This document shows, piece by piece, positions 8,807 through 17,736 of a DNA stretch of 64,000 nucleotides; positions within the stretch are counted from its first letter, which is position 1; each line of letters opens with the position of its first letter. Source of the stretch: an uncultured Anaerolineales bacterium (GTDB taxonomy: Bacteria > Planctomycetota > Phycisphaerae > FEN-1346). The notes beneath the pieces are model-generated. The model was not told the origin of the DNA and did not search any database. It saw nothing but the letters and a program-made list of their open reading frames with translations. The stretch covers positions 4,998 to 68,997 of the forward strand of contig CAYNLG010000007.1 in the NCBI GenBank assembly GCA_964397995.1, in the 5' to 3' direction. The position numbers and the translations under genes are program-made.

Positions 8807-9754
8807 ATGCATCCGCTGGTGCGAATCGGGGCGCACGCGGTGGGCGTGGCGGGGCTGCTGGCGGGCGTGGCGCTCGTGGCGTACGGAGCGAGCCGCGCCA
8901 CCGTCGCCCTCGGGCCGCACGTCCCGAAGCGGGTGCGCCGGGCGGTCGGGGCGGGGCTGCTCTACGGCGTCCTGATTCTGGGGGCGGGCCTGACGCTGGT
9001 GCCGCTGGTGTGGCTGGTGGCGTCGAGCCTGAAGGGGCCGGAGGACTTCTTCGCCTACCCGTTCTTCCCGCCGCTCGGCAAGCTGACGCTGGCGAACTTC
9101 GCGCAGCTGATGGAGGAGATGCCGTTCGTGCGGCACCTGATGAACTCACTGTTCGTGACGGGGACGACGGTGCTGGTGCAGCTGTTCTTCGCGTCGCTGG
9201 GGGGCTTTGCCCTGGCGCGGTACGAGTTCCGCGGCAAGGGGCTGATCATGGTCCTGATGCTCGGGACGATGATGATTCCCGCCCAGGTGATGATGGCCCC
9301 GCTCTACGAGCTCATCTGCCGCGCCAGACTCGCCGACACGTACGCGGGGCTGATCGTGCCCGGGGCGGTAAGCGTCTTCGGCATGTTCCTCTTCCGGCAG
9401 TCGATGATGCAGCTGCCGGAGGAGCTGATGGAGGCGGGGCGGATCGACGGGTGCAGCGAGTTCGGGCTGTACTGGCGGATCGCGGTGCCGGTGTCGCGGC
9501 CGATGATCGGGGCGTTCTGCCTGCTGGCGTTCATGGCGACATGGAACTCGTTCCTGTGGCCGCAGATCATCCTCCAGTCGGCGGAGCACTTCACGCTGCC
9601 GATCGCGTTGAACCAGCTGGTGGGGCTTCAGTTCCAGGACTACGGGGTCCTGATGGCGGGGACGCTGCTTTCGATCCTGCCGGTGACGGTCCTCTTTCTG
9701 GTGCTCCAGCGCGAGTTCCAGAGCGGCCTGACGCTGGGGGCGGTGAAGGGGTAG
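8807..9754 (+). CDS. ABC sugar transporter permease (MalG/UgpE-like)
   Basis: ATG 4 nt after the upstream stop. EAA loop EELMEAGRIDGCSEFGLYWRIAVPVSRP. The N-terminus is about 40 aa longer than usual, so an internal start is possible. Confidence 0.88.
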   Translation: MHPLVRIGAHAVGVAGLLAGVALVAYGASRATVALGPHVPKRVRRAVGAGLLYGVLILGAGLTLVPLVWLVASSLKGPEDFFAYPFFPPLGKLTLANFAQLMEEMPFVRHLMNSLFVTGTTVLVQLFFASLGGFALARYEFRGKGLIMVLMLGTMMIPAQVMMAPLYELICRARLADTYAGLIVPGAVSVFGMFLFRQSMMQLPEELMEAGRIDGCSEFGLYWRIAVPVSRPMIGAFCLLAFMATWNSFLWPQIILQSAEHFTLPIALNQLVGLQFQDYGVLMAGTLLSILPVTVLFLVLQREFQSGLTLGAVKG

Positions 9755-9800
9755 TCCGGGCCCCGCCGGGGCCTGTCCCGGCGCCCGTGATCAAAGGTCG

Positions 9801-12386
9801 CTACCGCGGCGTGCCCTCGTGCAGGCCCACCTCCCGCGCCAGCGTCTCGTACTCGATCAGGTACCAGAGCGTGGGGCCGACGATCTGGTGCTTGTAGTGC
9901 GGCCAGGTGACGCGGTTCGACGCACACTCCATCGCGCGGTTCAGCTCCCCCGTCTCCGGGTCCTGGGCCATCAGCACGGCGGCGAAGAGGGCCCGCGCCT
10001 TTTCGAGGTGCAGGGGCCGCTTCGTATGGCGATACAGTGCCAGGTACACCAGCGCCAGCCGCGCGGTGAACGACGCGGGCGGCCCCGACGAGCGGTACCC
10101 GTCGCAGGAGCCGAATCCGCGCGGACGGACTGGCCCGCCCGGTTCCGGCTCGGCTCGGTCCCACCGGATGTTCCGGTCCTCGCTCCAGAGGGCCAGTTCC
10201 TCGGCCAAAGCCACGTCGCGCTCGGCCTCCCGCGCGTACGCTGCCAGGTACAGGGCGAAGTGCTGGGGCGACACGCTGTGGATGCGCAGCGGGTACGCCC
10301 AACAGTGGGAATGCGGGCCGACCTCGACCCAGAGGAACTGCTCCCGGACCCATCGCCGGAGATACGCCAGCGCCTTGGCCTCGACCTCGGCGAACTCGTC
10401 CGTCCCCAGCTCGTGCCGCAACCGCCCGAAGAAGCAGAGCAGCTCCGAGGGCTGGCCCTCGTAGTAGAGCGTCGCGCCGAAGGTGTCGGGCCACCGGTAG
10501 ACCTGGCCCCCGTTGGTCACCCACCGGAAGCCGCCGTCCGGCTTCTGCTGCCGCGCCAGGCCTCGGGCGAACCGCAAGGCCGCCTCCTTCCACCGTGGGT
10601 CCTTCGTGGCGGCATACAGGTTCAGGAAGGCGTCGCCCGCGACGTTGTACGTGTTGGTGTTGAACTTGTAGGTGTTGACAAGGTTGGTCTTGCAGCTGAG
10701 GGAGTTGATCTCGCCGGCCGCCCCGACGTGGCGGGCCCAGTCCAGGGCGTCGGCCCGTTCGCCCGGGTCGTCCGAGAACCGGTAGACCACCAGGTTGGTC
10801 ATCGAGTGGTCCATCAGGCGGTAGTTCTGCTTCCCGTCGCCACCCCCCGCCGTCAGCCCGGGGTACGGCGCCAGCCCCTTGTGCTGGCCGAGGTGCTGCT
10901 TCTCGCGAATGAAGCGTGCGGCGGCGAGGGCGGCGGCGTAGCCGTCGCGCGGCGGGTCGAAGTACGGCCCCTGGAAGGCCGGTCGCTTGGTCACGTCGAA
11001 CCCGTCGGGGATCGGCATGGAGACGGCGTCTGTCGTCGCCGGCTCCGGCGCCTTGCCCCGGACGGCCGCGTACGGCAGGTACCGGGCCTCGATTGGCGTC
11101 GCCAGCGTGTCACCATCGGGGCCGAGACCGACAACGGTCAGACGGTACGTCGCCGGCGCCATCGCGCCCCACACCGGCACGAGCGAGTGTGTCGGCGTGT
11201 CGGCCGTGAACGTGTGCGTGCCGCCTTCGCCGGTGAGGCTAAAGCGGTACGACGCCGCCCCCGCCAGGGGCGCGAGGTCAAAGGCCGGGGCGTGAATGGC
11301 CGCGAAGGGCCCGCCGCGCGGCGCCAGCGACACCGTCTCGCCGCGCGCGCCGAAGAGCAGCCGCCACGTCCAGAGCAGCCGCGTCGCCGTGGGCTGCAGC
11401 ACCCCCAACGGCTCCTGCGCCTGGGCCGCCGCTTCCTTCACGAGCGCCGGGTCGGGCTCCCGGGTATACGCGACGGTCCAGGTCCGGCGTGCCGGGGCGG
11501 CCTGCGGCCACGGGCGCTTCGAGAGGTTGACGCGGCCCAGCCCGCCGCACGACCACGTCTGATCCCCGTCGGTCATCTCGGCTTCCAGCGCGACAAACCG
11601 CCCCAGCACCGTCCCGCGCACCGTGTACGTGATGCGTCGCCGGACGCGCGCGCAGGTGGCGGTCCAGCGGCCCAGGAGCGCCGTCCCCTCGAACGTGACG
11701 TCGACCGCCTCGGCGGCGGCGGTCGGGTCGTCGCGCACACCGTAGTACATGAAGGCCCGGTCCGCCTTCCCGCCGCGGGTCGTCAGCCGCGTAAAGGCGG
11801 CGGCCCCGCCGCCGATACGCGGGAGCTGGTAGCCCCGGTAGACGGCCAGCTCGAACTGGACCGTCTCCGGCGGGGCGTCGAGCGCGCGGCGTGTGGCACG
11901 CACCGGCGTCGCCTCCACGCTCTCGGGGCGTCGCTCGCCCACCGAGCCGGAGGCCGTGCCGGTCCCGTCCTCGCCCGTGAAGGTCACGTCGAGGTCGTAC
12001 GTCGCGGGGATGTCGGGATGCGGCCGGTCCTGGTGCTCCAGGTTCATGGGCGTCCGCCAGACCACGCGGACTGTACCGGTCAGCCGGTCCCCCGCCAGGC
12101 GGAGTCCTGACGCGTCCAGCGTCCGCGCGGGCTCCGGGTAGACGTGCGGCGCCATGGCGAAGCCGTCCGCGACCCCCCCGCCGCGCACCCGGAGCAACAG
12201 CCGCACCGGCGCCAAGTTGCGCGGCCCGACGGCATGGCGGAGCTCGACGTCCAGGACGCGGTCGCCTTCCTCCCCGGCCGCCGGCGCCGCCGTGAGCGCG
12301 GCACCCCACGCGAGCGCCGCTGCCGCCACAAGGAACCGGGCGGAGCGAGCCACCAGCACTGGCAGAGCATGTCGGGTCAGGGCCAT
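9801..12386 (-). CDS. secreted hypothetical protein, 861 aa, beta-rich N-half and helical repeat (alpha/alpha-toroid-like) C-half
   Basis: This is only the 3' third of track ORF 9801..17777. ATG at 12384-12386 is preceded by AGGAGGGG. Signal peptide MALTRHALPVLVARSARFLVAAAALAWGAALTA. The C-half has mixed composition (KPDGGFRWVTNGG, WAYPLRIHSVSPQHF). No confident family call. Confidence 0.75.
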   Translation of the reverse strand: MALTRHALPVLVARSARFLVAAAALAWGAALTAAPAAGEEGDRVLDVELRHAVGPRNLAPVRLLLRVRGGGVADGFAMAPHVYPEPARTLDASGLRLAGDRLTGTVRVVWRTPMNLEHQDRPHPDIPATYDLDVTFTGEDGTGTASGSVGERRPESVEATPVRATRRALDAPPETVQFELAVYRGYQLPRIGGGAAAFTRLTTRGGKADRAFMYYGVRDDPTAAAEAVDVTFEGTALLGRWTATCARVRRRITYTVRGTVLGRFVALEAEMTDGDQTWSCGGLGRVNLSKRPWPQAAPARRTWTVAYTREPDPALVKEAAAQAQEPLGVLQPTATRLLWTWRLLFGARGETVSLAPRGGPFAAIHAPAFDLAPLAGAASYRFSLTGEGGTHTFTADTPTHSLVPVWGAMAPATYRLTVVGLGPDGDTLATPIEARYLPYAAVRGKAPEPATTDAVSMPIPDGFDVTKRPAFQGPYFDPPRDGYAAALAAARFIREKQHLGQHKGLAPYPGLTAGGGDGKQNYRLMDHSMTNLVVYRFSDDPGERADALDWARHVGAAGEINSLSCKTNLVNTYKFNTNTYNVAGDAFLNLYAATKDPRWKEAALRFARGLARQQKPDGGFRWVTNGGQVYRWPDTFGATLYYEGQPSELLCFFGRLRHELGTDEFAEVEAKALAYLRRWVREQFLWVEVGPHSHCWAYPLRIHSVSPQHFALYLAAYAREAERDVALAEELALWSEDRNIRWDRAEPEPGGPVRPRGFGSCDGYRSSGPPASFTARLALVYLALYRHTKRPLHLEKARALFAAVLMAQDPETGELNRAMECASNRVTWPHYKHQIVGPTLWYLIEYETLAREVGLHEGTPR

Positions 12387-12623
12387 GGGGGCTTCCCCTC
12401 CTGCAAGACGGCCTGGATGGGGGCCGGCCAGTCGGCGGGCCTTCCCCCCGTGAAACCCACCGCGGCCGCGCCCGACACGGGCATAACCGGGGACGGGACC
12501 GCCCGTCCCCGGCCCCCTCCGCACCCGGCGACAAGGCCGGTACCGCCGCGCCCGGGCCGGGTTGAAGGGGGGTCGGCCCGGGCGGCCGACGCACCCGGTC
12601 CCCCCTATCGGAAAGGTTCCGCC

Positions 12624-13682
12624 GTGACGACGCGCCTGCCTTCGTGCCCTTGCTTCGCACGAGCCGCCCTGCCCCGCCTGGCCGCCCTGGCCGCGGGGGT
12701 GCTCCTTGCCGCCGGGGCCGCCGGTGCCGCCCGCGCCGGGGCGCCCCAGGCCGAGACGCCGCCCCCGTACGAGCCGGTCGGCGGGGCGAACGCGCCGGAG
12801 CCGACGCCGCCGCCGACGCTCGTCGGTCAGACGACGGAGCTGGACTGCGGGACGTTCCGGGTGCGTGTGCCGTCGGGCACGTACACCGCCCCGGCGGGCG
12901 GGCCGCCCGACTACGGCGTGCCGGGGCCGATCGTGGCGTTCCGCGGGCCGGACGGCGTGTGGCGCGGACACGGCTACCTGGAGACGTGGCCGACGCTCGA
13001 ATCGTTCGAGGGCACCGTCGAGGGGACGAAGGCGACGCTCGCGTACCGGTTCGCGGGCGGCGCCCGGTACGACGTCACCCTGACGGCCGCCAAGGGCGCC
13101 CTCCTGCTCGACGAGACCTCGACCCTCGGGCCGCGCAACGTCTTCGTCTTTGACTGCTATTACAACTGGCAGCCGTCGGCGGGGTTCGTGACGAACCTGG
13201 GGGGAACGCGGCACGCGTTCGTGACGTTGCCGTGCCATTACGACCGGCCGGAGGGGACGCTCAACCCGGCCGCCCGTGGCCGCCCCGGCCCGGACGGCGC
13301 GGCACCGGCCAGGGAAAGCCTGCCGGGCGGCCTGGCGGTGGTGCACCCGGCCCCCGCGGCGCGCGACATCGCCGGCCTCTGGTGCCGCACCCCCGACACC
13401 TGGCAGAACGGCGAGGCCATGCCGGTGGAGCTGTGGCAGCGGCGTCAGCGTCCGGGCCGCCCGGGGACGCGGCACGTGCTGGGTCCGGAGACGAAGTCGG
13501 ACTCGACGCCGAACCCGCGGACGGCCGAGATGGTCGGGCCGAGCCTGTACGAGGGGCACGTGACGCTGGAGCTGCACCTCGGCGCGGGGACGCGCCGGCT
13601 GGGGTTCGCCGTGACGGCGAAGCCGGAGGCGAAAGCGGACCTCGCGAAACCGTTCGAGGCCGTCCAGCGGGCCCATCCGTAA
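12624..13682 (+). CDS. secreted hypothetical protein (~352 aa)
   Basis: Track ORF 12144..13682 trimmed to the GTG at 12624 (GAAAGG upstream). Signal-like N-terminus TTRLPSCPCFARAALPRLAALAAGVLLAAGAAGAARA. The body has mixed composition (FVFDCYYNWQPSAGF). The start is uncertain. Confidence 0.6.
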   Translation: MTTRLPSCPCFARAALPRLAALAAGVLLAAGAAGAARAGAPQAETPPPYEPVGGANAPEPTPPPTLVGQTTELDCGTFRVRVPSGTYTAPAGGPPDYGVPGPIVAFRGPDGVWRGHGYLETWPTLESFEGTVEGTKATLAYRFAGGARYDVTLTAAKGALLLDETSTLGPRNVFVFDCYYNWQPSAGFVTNLGGTRHAFVTLPCHYDRPEGTLNPAARGRPGPDGAAPARESLPGGLAVVHPAPAARDIAGLWCRTPDTWQNGEAMPVELWQRRQRPGRPGTRHVLGPETKSDSTPNPRTAEMVGPSLYEGHVTLELHLGAGTRRLGFAVTAKPEAKADLAKPFEAVQRAHP

Positions 13683-13856
13683 CCCCCGCCCGGGAGTTGC
13701 CGCATGCGATGCCCCGCTCTGATTATCCTGGCCGCACTCATTGCCGCCGCCCTTCTCGCGCCGGTTGGGCCACACGCGACGGCCACCTGCTGGCCGTCTA
13801 CGACATCCGCGCCCGGCGGGACTAGGCCGGGCTGAACGCATGGAGGGCCCCTGCCC

Positions 13857-16800
13857 ATGAAGCCGCTTGCCGCCCTGTTCCCTGCCGCGCTCCTTGTCTG
13901 TACCGCGCTCGCCCCGGCCGCCGGGGCCGCCGAGGTCACGCGGTTCGCCGTGAACGAGTACTTCGGCATCCCGTACGCCGACGAGCCGGTGAGCGTCGAC
14001 GTCACCTTGCCGCACCCCACACCGGCGAGCGAGATCGGTCTGGCGGAGACGCCGAGCCAGGTCGAGATCGTCGAGGGCACGCCCGAGGCAGTCACAAAGG
14101 CCCGCGTCTGGACGGCCGTCTCGTTCCCCTTCGTCGAGCAGGAGCGCGAAGTCCAGAAGAAGGTCGACGGCGAGAAGGTCACCGTCACCGAGACGGTGCT
14201 TGTGCCCGGCTCGGCCGAGGCGCGGCACAAGGTCCTGACGGTGATGACGGGGGGCGGCGCGGCCAAGGCGGGCCCGAGCCCGTTCACCGTCGAGCGGCAC
14301 CCCGCGAAGGCCGGCGAGGTCCCCCTTGCAACGATCTCCAACGGCTTCGTCCACGTCCGGGTCCCGTGCGGGAGCGTCCGGTTCGACGCCCCCGTTCGCT
14401 CGGTCGACGTCCCCGGGCCGGTCGCCAGCATCTCGCGCGACGGCAAGCAGTGGATCGGCCGCGGGTACCTCGACACGATGCGCGGCGTGCGTGGCGTCGA
14501 GTGCCAGTGGCGCGAAGGGCCCGTCTACGTCGAGTCGCGCCTGGCGTACGCCTTCGAGGGCGACCGGACCTACCGCGTCCGCGTCCGGCTCTACCGCGGC
14601 AAGCCGTACGTCCAGCTCGTCGGCGACTTCGACCTCGGGCGGCAGGCCCGGTTCATCTTCAACTACGAGGACTGGGTCGCCGACGGCTTCTTCCGCACCG
14701 GCGACCAGCGCCTCTACGGATGGGAGCGGATCACCAGCGGCAACCCGTGCGGCGACTTCGTCACGGTGCCCGGCCAGCGCGCCCTGGCGCGGATGGTCAT
14801 CTGGACCCAGTTCAACTACTTCGGCGGCAAGCAGGAGACCATCGCCCTGAAGGCTCCGGACCCCGAGGCCCATGAGGCGGGCTATCGCGAGGCCCTCACC
14901 CGCTACGAGCGCGACGTCCGGGACTACGCCACCGCCCGCAAGGCCTACGACGCCCAGGTCCAGGCCTACAAGGACGCCATGGCGGGCCACGAGCGGGACC
15001 TGGCGGCCTACGAGGCCCAGCTCAAGGCCCATGAGAAGGACCCCAAGGCCGCCGAGAAGCCGACGAAGCCCCGCGAGCCGCGCGAGCCCAAGGCCTTCCG
15101 CCGCCGCGAGCCGCGCAAGCCCACGCACGAGCCGTACGAGCCGATCACCGCGCACTTGGCGGGCGCCCCGTATCCGGCGGCCACGGTCGTGACGCCGGGG
15201 AGCGACGCCACAGCCGTCGGCGCGTTCTACGTGAGGCCGGACCGCTGGACGCGGGCGAAGGTCAACCACGTGGACCTGATGATGCGGCCGGAGGTGCCGG
15301 GCCGGCCGCTGACGCGCGGGCAGGTCGGCCTGACGGGGGCGAAGGCCCGCGTCGCGATGGAGGCCTGGCTCGTGGACGGGCACCGGGAGTGGGCGATCTT
15401 CGCGGTGGCCTCGGGCGACCGCGAGTGGCTTGCCAAGGCCCACGTCCGCGAGGGCGCCTGGCCGCTCGACCGGCTCCTCCGGACGCCCCTGGTCTGGAAC
15501 AGCGACGGAACGCCCGTCGCGCCGCAGGACACGAGACCCTCGGACGACGCGCCGGCCGGGGGCGACGCGCGGCGTGTGCTGATGGGTATGGGCGGCCGGT
15601 CGGGGCTCCAGGCCTACAACGGGTCGAACGGGGACATCCGCGGCACGTCCCCGCCGCGCGAGGGCTGGGACGGCTCCGTCGAGCCCCTCCGCGCCGCCGG
15701 CCACACCAACCGCATGGCCGGCGAGGCGATCACTCCCCACCTGGCCGCCGACGACTCGGCCTACCCGAGCGTGCGGGCGATGCTCCCCTGGCAGCATCCC
15801 GAGGCCCTGAACCCGTTCTACCAGGGCATGGAGAACATGAACTTCAACGCGGATCTCTACCGCTACATCTGCAAGCACGGGATGGACCTCGCGCGGATGG
15901 GGCACCCGGAGGCGCGGCGGTTCATCGACCACGCGATCACGAGCCTGGATATGGCTCTCGACCGGTACTGCTACCCGCAGAGCGGGTGCTGGGAAGAGAG
16001 CCACGGCTACGCCGGCCACACGATGAACGTGCTGGGGCCGATGGCACTCTCGCTCCGCAACTCCGGCCTCCGCGACTTCACGGAAGACCTCCGCTTCGCC
16101 CGGATGATGGCCTTCTACATGTACGTGCACTCGCCGGTGGACCCGGCGTTCGGCGGCCGCATCGTCCCGCCGATCGGCGACCACGGCCTTTCGAAGGCCG
16201 GGCCCGCCAGCCGGTTCGGCCGCGTGGTGGGCTTCTTCACGGAGGCGAAGAACCCCGCCATCCGCAAGATCGTCCGCCAGGTCGCCTGGATGATCCGCGA
16301 GGACGGCGGGGCCGTCCCGGCGGGGGTCGAGCCCGAGCGGCCGGACCTCACGAGCCGCTGGCTCCAGGGGTACGGGAGCGTGATGCGGGCCCGGGCCGAC
16401 GCCCGCGAGGCCCTCGTCCTGACCCTGAAGGGCGCCGTCGCCACCGAGGACCGCGGGAGCAAGGAACTCCTCCGGCAGGACCTCTACGTGACGCTCCGGC
16501 CGACGGAGGACGGCGGCTGGGCGGAGGCCGTGACCGGCACCTCTCCGGAGTACAACACGGCGCGGCACACGGGGACGGTGACGGCCGGCGGGGCGGCGGC
16601 CTCGCCGACGCTGAAGCTCGACATGACCCTCGCCGACGACAAGTGGGTGAAGGGCGGGCCGGCAAGCTACACCGTGGCCCTCCGCAAACAGCGCGCCGGC
16701 TGGGCCGGCACGTACACCGGCCGGTTCCGCGAGACGGACGTCGCCGGCGAGGTCGCGGCCCGGTCGGCGACGCGGAGCGACGAGAGCTTCCTCATCCTCC

Positions 16801-17699
16801 GGGCCGGCCAGAGCTGGGGCCACCACCACAAGGACAAGGGCTCCATGTGGTTCTGGGGCCGCAACGTCCACTTCTTCGGCGACTGCGACTGGGGTGGCCC
16901 GCCGGGCGGCACCTACGGCAACGCCTACAAGCAGGGCCCGGCCGGCGGGACGCAGATCGAGATGGTCGGCATCAACAACTGGCCCCTGCCCTGCAAGTAC
17001 CCCGCCCCCTGGGTCGCCGACGACGAGTACGCCCCCACGTATGACTATGCCATGGCCCGCTGTCTCTACCCGTACAACCCGGACCTGGACCTGGCGGCCT
17101 CGACACGGGTGGCCCTGCGCCAGGCATACGACCGGCAGGTCCTGTTCGTCCACCCGGACGTGGTCCTGGTGCGGGACACCGTCGAGGCGACCTGCCCGAC
17201 CGTCTGGCGGCTGCACTCGTATCAGCCGGAGGGGACGACCGTCCGCGGGCCGACCGCGACCCTCGTCTCGCCCCAGGGCCCGACCGGCCACCTCGCGATG
17301 CTCTATCCCGACGGGGTGACCTTCACGGCGAACGACCGCGACATCCTGAACCGACACACCGACCGCGACGGCAAGCCCTTGCCGCATGACGAGTTGCCGA
17401 CGTTCGACGGATCGCTGGAGTTGCGATGGCACATGCCGGGCGGGACCGACGCGACGTGGGCGTTCGTGGTGCGCGGCGAGGACGAGGCGGCGCCGGAGAT
17501 CGCCCGGCTGGATGACGCGGGACGCGTGACGCGGGTGCGGCTGGACGACGGGACGGAGATCGTCGCCCTGATGGCGCTGGAGCCCTTCACGTGGCAGGGC
17601 GCGGGGGTCGCTTTCGAGGGCACCGTCGGCCTCGTGATGACGCGCGACGGCAAGACGACGGTGCACCCGATCCGGGCAACCCGGCTCGAGGCGCGGTGA
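13857..17699 (+). CDS. secreted heparinase II/III-like (polysaccharide-lyase-like) protein, 1280 aa
   Basis: ATG is preceded by GGAGGG. Signal peptide MKPLAALFPAALLVCTALAPAAGA. The C-terminal motif WGHHHKDKGSMWFWGRNVHFFGDCDWG matches the G-H-x-H-x-D-x-x-S-F...D-x-G signature of heparinase II/III-type domains. CWEESHGYAGHTMN lies upstream of it. Confidence 0.7.
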   Translation: MKPLAALFPAALLVCTALAPAAGAAEVTRFAVNEYFGIPYADEPVSVDVTLPHPTPASEIGLAETPSQVEIVEGTPEAVTKARVWTAVSFPFVEQEREVQKKVDGEKVTVTETVLVPGSAEARHKVLTVMTGGGAAKAGPSPFTVERHPAKAGEVPLATISNGFVHVRVPCGSVRFDAPVRSVDVPGPVASISRDGKQWIGRGYLDTMRGVRGVECQWREGPVYVESRLAYAFEGDRTYRVRVRLYRGKPYVQLVGDFDLGRQARFIFNYEDWVADGFFRTGDQRLYGWERITSGNPCGDFVTVPGQRALARMVIWTQFNYFGGKQETIALKAPDPEAHEAGYREALTRYERDVRDYATARKAYDAQVQAYKDAMAGHERDLAAYEAQLKAHEKDPKAAEKPTKPREPREPKAFRRREPRKPTHEPYEPITAHLAGAPYPAATVVTPGSDATAVGAFYVRPDRWTRAKVNHVDLMMRPEVPGRPLTRGQVGLTGAKARVAMEAWLVDGHREWAIFAVASGDREWLAKAHVREGAWPLDRLLRTPLVWNSDGTPVAPQDTRPSDDAPAGGDARRVLMGMGGRSGLQAYNGSNGDIRGTSPPREGWDGSVEPLRAAGHTNRMAGEAITPHLAADDSAYPSVRAMLPWQHPEALNPFYQGMENMNFNADLYRYICKHGMDLARMGHPEARRFIDHAITSLDMALDRYCYPQSGCWEESHGYAGHTMNVLGPMALSLRNSGLRDFTEDLRFARMMAFYMYVHSPVDPAFGGRIVPPIGDHGLSKAGPASRFGRVVGFFTEAKNPAIRKIVRQVAWMIREDGGAVPAGVEPERPDLTSRWLQGYGSVMRARADAREALVLTLKGAVATEDRGSKELLRQDLYVTLRPTEDGGWAEAVTGTSPEYNTARHTGTVTAGGAAASPTLKLDMTLADDKWVKGGPASYTVALRKQRAGWAGTYTGRFRETDVAGEVAARSATRSDESFLILRAGQSWGHHHKDKGSMWFWGRNVHFFGDCDWGGPPGGTYGNAYKQGPAGGTQIEMVGINNWPLPCKYPAPWVADDEYAPTYDYAMARCLYPYNPDLDLAASTRVALRQAYDRQVLFVHPDVVLVRDTVEATCPTVWRLHSYQPEGTTVRGPTATLVSPQGPTGHLAMLYPDGVTFTANDRDILNRHTDRDGKPLPHDELPTFDGSLELRWHMPGGTDATWAFVVRGEDEAAPEIARLDDAGRVTRVRLDDGTEIVALMALEPFTWQGAGVAFEGTVGLVMTRDGKTTVHPIRATRLEAR

Positions 17700-17736
17700 G
17701 GCCGCCGACCCGCTTGCTTGAATCGGCAGCGGGGCG

